Shown here one piece after another: positions 61,404 to 64,000 of a stretch of DNA of 64,000 nucleotides. Below the pieces are notes generated by a model. The model was not told where the DNA came from. It saw only the letters and a list, made by a program, of their open reading frames with translations, and did not search any database. The DNA lies in NCBI GenBank assembly GCA_009694085.1, contig SHVW01000001.1, positions 8,164 to 72,163 of the forward strand, read 5' to 3'. Origin of the DNA: Alphaproteobacteria bacterium (lineage in GTDB: Bacteria; Pseudomonadota; Alphaproteobacteria; SHVW01). The translations under genes and the position numbers were made by a program. Position 1 is the first letter of the stretch. Each line of letters starts with the position of its first letter.

Positions 61404-62255
61404 TCAGGTTACCACCGGCGTATCCGTGCGTCCGCCCCATTCGCTCCAAGACCCGTCATAAACCGCGACGTCGTCGCGCCCGAGCAGATAAAGGCCGAGC
61501 GTCAGGATGCCGGCGGTCACGCCGGAGCCGCAGCTACATACGACCGGCCCTTTCATGTCGATGCCGGTCCGGTTGAAGCGGGCGGCGAGTTGATCGGCCG
61601 GCAGCACCGTCTTGGTCGCGGGATCGAGCAGCTCGGTATAGGGCAGGTTGCGGGCGCCGGGCATGTGGCCCGACCTTGTGTTGGGCCTGATTTCGGGCTC
61701 GATGCCGTTGAAGCGGCCGGCCGAGCGTGCATCGAGCACGGTTTCGCGCTTGGCGGTCAGGTTGGCGCGCATCTGATCGAAATCGCGCACCAGGAAATTA
61801 TTGCGCCGCGCCGTGAAATGGCGTTCGACTGGCATCGGAATCGTCTCGTCGACCGGCCGTCCCTCGGCGAACCATTTGGGCAGGCCGCCATCGAGCACGG
61901 CGACGTCGTTATGGCCGAATACGCGGAACATCCACCAGGCCCGCGCCGCCGACATGAGGCCGTGAGTGTCGTAACAGACGATCCGGTTGCCGTCGCCGAG
62001 GCCGAGCTTGCGCACGCGGGAGGAAAACTTCTCCGGGCTCGGCAGCATATGGGGCAGGGGGTTCGCCTCGTCCTTGATATCGTCGATATCGAAGAACACC
62101 GCGCCCGGGATATGCCGTTGCGCGTATTCGGCGCGCGCATCGCGCTTGATGTGGGGCAGGAAATAGGTCGCGTCGACGATGCGCAGGTCGGGCGCCGTCA
62201 TGTGGTCGGCGAGCCAGGCCGTGCTGACCAGGGCCTCTGGCTTGGCATAGGGCAT
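61404..62255 (-). CDS. sseA: 3-mercaptopyruvate sulfurtransferase
   Basis: HIPGA.FFD, LDGG, GHMPG, CGSGVTA, YDGSWSEW. Confidence 0.93.
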   Translation of the reverse strand: MPYAKPEALVSTAWLADHMTAPDLRIVDATYFLPHIKRDARAEYAQRHIPGAVFFDIDDIKDEANPLPHMLPSPEKFSSRVRKLGLGDGNRIVCYDTHGLMSAARAWWMFRVFGHNDVAVLDGGLPKWFAEGRPVDETIPMPVERHFTARRNNFLVRDFDQMRANLTAKRETVLDARSAGRFNGIEPEIRPNTRSGHMPGARNLPYTELLDPATKTVLPADQLAARFNRTGIDMKGPVVCSCGSGVTAGILTLGLYLLGRDDVAVYDGSWSEWGGRTDTPVVT

Positions 62256-62275
62256 GAGCGGAATCCTTGGTTTTC

Positions 62276-63256
62276 TTAAAGCCAACTCGGGAAGGGCAGG
62301 CCCTTGGCGCGCAGGAATTCGGGATTGAACAGCTTGCTCTGATAGCGCGTGCCGTAATCGCACAGCAGGGTGACGACCGTATGTCCCGGTCCGAGTTGGC
62401 GCGCGACGCGGATGGCCGCGCGCACATTGATGCCGGACGAGCCGCCCACGACCAGCCCCTCATAGCGGGCCAGGTTGAAGATAATCGGCAGGGCCTTTTC
62501 GTCGGATACCTGGATCGCGTCGTCGATCGGCGCGCCTTCCAGGTTCTTGGTCACCCGGCTTTGGCCAATGCCTTCTATGATCGAGTTGCCCTCGGATTTC
62601 AGCTCGCCGTGTTTGTAGTAGTGGTAGAGCGCGGCCCCCATCGGGTCGGCCAGCACGATCTTGATCTTGGGATTGCGCTCCTTCAACGCCATGCCGACGC
62701 CGGCCAAGGTGCCGCCCGAGCCGACCGAGCAGGTGAAGGCATCGACCTTGCCATCGGTCTGCTGCCAAATCTCCGGTCCGGTCGTGCGGTAGTGGCCATC
62801 GCGGTTGGCCGTGTTGTCGAACTGATTGGCCCAGAAGGCGTTCAATTCCCTCGCCAGGCGTTCGGAATATTTGACGTAGTTGTTGGGATCCTTGTAGGGC
62901 ACGGCCGGCACCAGGCGCAGCTCGGCGCCGCACAGCCGGATCATGTCCTTCTTTTCCTGGCTTTGGGTTTCCGGCATGACGATCACGGTTTTGTAGCCGC
63001 GCGCATTGCCGACCAGCGCCAGCCCGATACCCGTATTACCGGCAGTGCCCTCGACGATGGTGCCGCCCGGTGCGAGCACGCCGCGCTTCTCGGCGTCCTG
63101 GATCATGGCCAACGCCGCCCGGTCCTTGACCGAACCGCCGGGATTGAGGAACTCGCATTTGGCCAGGATGTTGCAGCCCGTCAAATCCGACGCGCGCTTC
63201 AAGCGCACCAGGGGCGTGCGGCCGACCATGTCGACGAAGCCGGTGCGAATGTCCAT
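62276..63256 (-). CDS. cysK: Cysteine synthase (PLP)
   Basis: NPGGSVKDR, TAGNTG, GSGGT, EGIG. Confidence 0.9.
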   Translation of the reverse strand: MDIRTGFVDMVGRTPLVRLKRASDLTGCNILAKCEFLNPGGSVKDRAALAMIQDAEKRGVLAPGGTIVEGTAGNTGIGLALVGNARGYKTVIVMPETQSQEKKDMIRLCGAELRLVPAVPYKDPNNYVKYSERLARELNAFWANQFDNTANRDGHYRTTGPEIWQQTDGKVDAFTCSVGSGGTLAGVGMALKERNPKIKIVLADPMGAALYHYYKHGELKSEGNSIIEGIGQSRVTKNLEGAPIDDAIQVSDEKALPIIFNLARYEGLVVGGSSGINVRAAIRVARQLGPGHTVVTLLCDYGTRYQSKLFNPEFLRAKGLPFPSWL

Positions 63257-63454
63257 GGCGACGCGCTTCTCATGAAAGGAAGAACTCACACTAGCCGGGC
63301 GATCCCAGCCCATCAAGCCCTGCCTCACTGGAGGTATTCCAGGTTTTCAATAGCTTGACTTCGCCTCCCCCGGGCGCTGATGATCGGGCCAAGACAGGCG
63401 CGGGCTCTGGTAGGGGGCCGACGCGGCTGCCATTGCAGAACAGGGAGTTCACCG

Positions 63455-64000
63455 ATGCGGACATTAACAACCATTCTTGCGGCGGGAGCCGTGGCGATCG
63501 GCCTGGGGGCCGGGGCCAATGCAGCGACGCCCAAGGACACGGTCGTCATGGCGGCCCAGATCGACGACTTGATTTCGCTCGACCCCGGCGAATCCTTCGA
63601 ATTTTCGGGCAGCGAGGTGATCAGCAATATGTACCAACGGCTGATCGCCTATGACATCAAGGACGTGACTCGGCTTTACGGCCAGCTTGCCGAGACTTGG
63701 TATGTCGGCGGCGACGGCAAAACCTACACGTTCAAAATCCGCCGCGGCATCAAGTTCCATTCCGGCAATGTGCTGACCGCCCATGACGCGGCCTATTCGC
63801 TCCAGCGCGCCGTGATCATGAACAAGTCGCCGGGCTTCATCCTGACCCAGTTCGGTCTGAACAAGGACAACGTCAAGCAGCGCATCCGCGCCACCGACGA
63901 TCACACCCTCGTGGTCGAGACGGCGGGGCAGGTGGCGCCCACCTTCTTCTTCTACTGCTTGACCGCCGTGGTCGGCGGCGTGGTCGACAGCAAGGCCGCC
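63455..64000 (+). CDS. Family 5 ABC substrate-binding protein, 3'-partial
   Basis: Hand translation MRTLTTILAAG...TPKDTVVMAAQIDDLISLDPGESFE...KFHSGN; runs off the window. Confidence 0.88.
   Translation, partial: MRTLTTILAAGAVAIGLGAGANAATPKDTVVMAAQIDDLISLDPGESFEFSGSEVISNMYQRLIAYDIKDVTRLYGQLAETWYVGGDGKTYTFKIRRGIKFHSGNVLTAHDAAYSLQRAVIMNKSPGFILTQFGLNKDNVKQRIRATDDHTLVVETAGQVAPTFFFYCLTAVVGGVVDSKAA

Overview
High-GC alphaproteobacterial chromosomal segment. It looks Rhodospirillales-like, judging from the CtrA and FixK/FNR boxes, the aap operon and the tRNA-Pro/ETC-subunit/tRNA-Arg block. From left to right: (1) a form II coxSLM-type molybdenum hydroxylase with coxD/E, xdhC and mocA accessory genes, translationally coupled to a sufS-sufU pair and split by a ~4 kb insert (dipeptidase, orphan SBP, lipocalin, decayed higBA); (2) a GT-C-like membrane protein, TAXI-TRAP transporter, ArsB/NhaD permease, AcuC deacetylase, DUF192 and an O-methyltransferase; (3) tRNA-Pro(TGG), an NDUFS4-like gene and tRNA-Arg(TCT), followed by a ~25 kb regulator-free catabolic region (four TauD/TfdA-type dioxygenases, three ABC importers, HpcH aldolase, oxaloacetate decarboxylase, PAL-like NHL lyase, MsrB, a Mo oxidoreductase, and a Rieske oxygenase paired with a PCO/ADO-like cupin); (4) a Cle-like CheY under a perfect CtrA box, FNR/FixK-boxed small genes, metC-hisI (frameshifted) and aapJQMP; (5) a tryptophan 2,3-dioxygenase pseudogene broken by the remnant of a tRNA-Val-targeting integrative element; (6) GNAT, an orphan DUF4276, sseA, cysK and a partial peptide SBP. 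I saw no rRNA, CRISPR array, intact integrase or transposase. All family calls come from motif recognition by eye; no database search was run.
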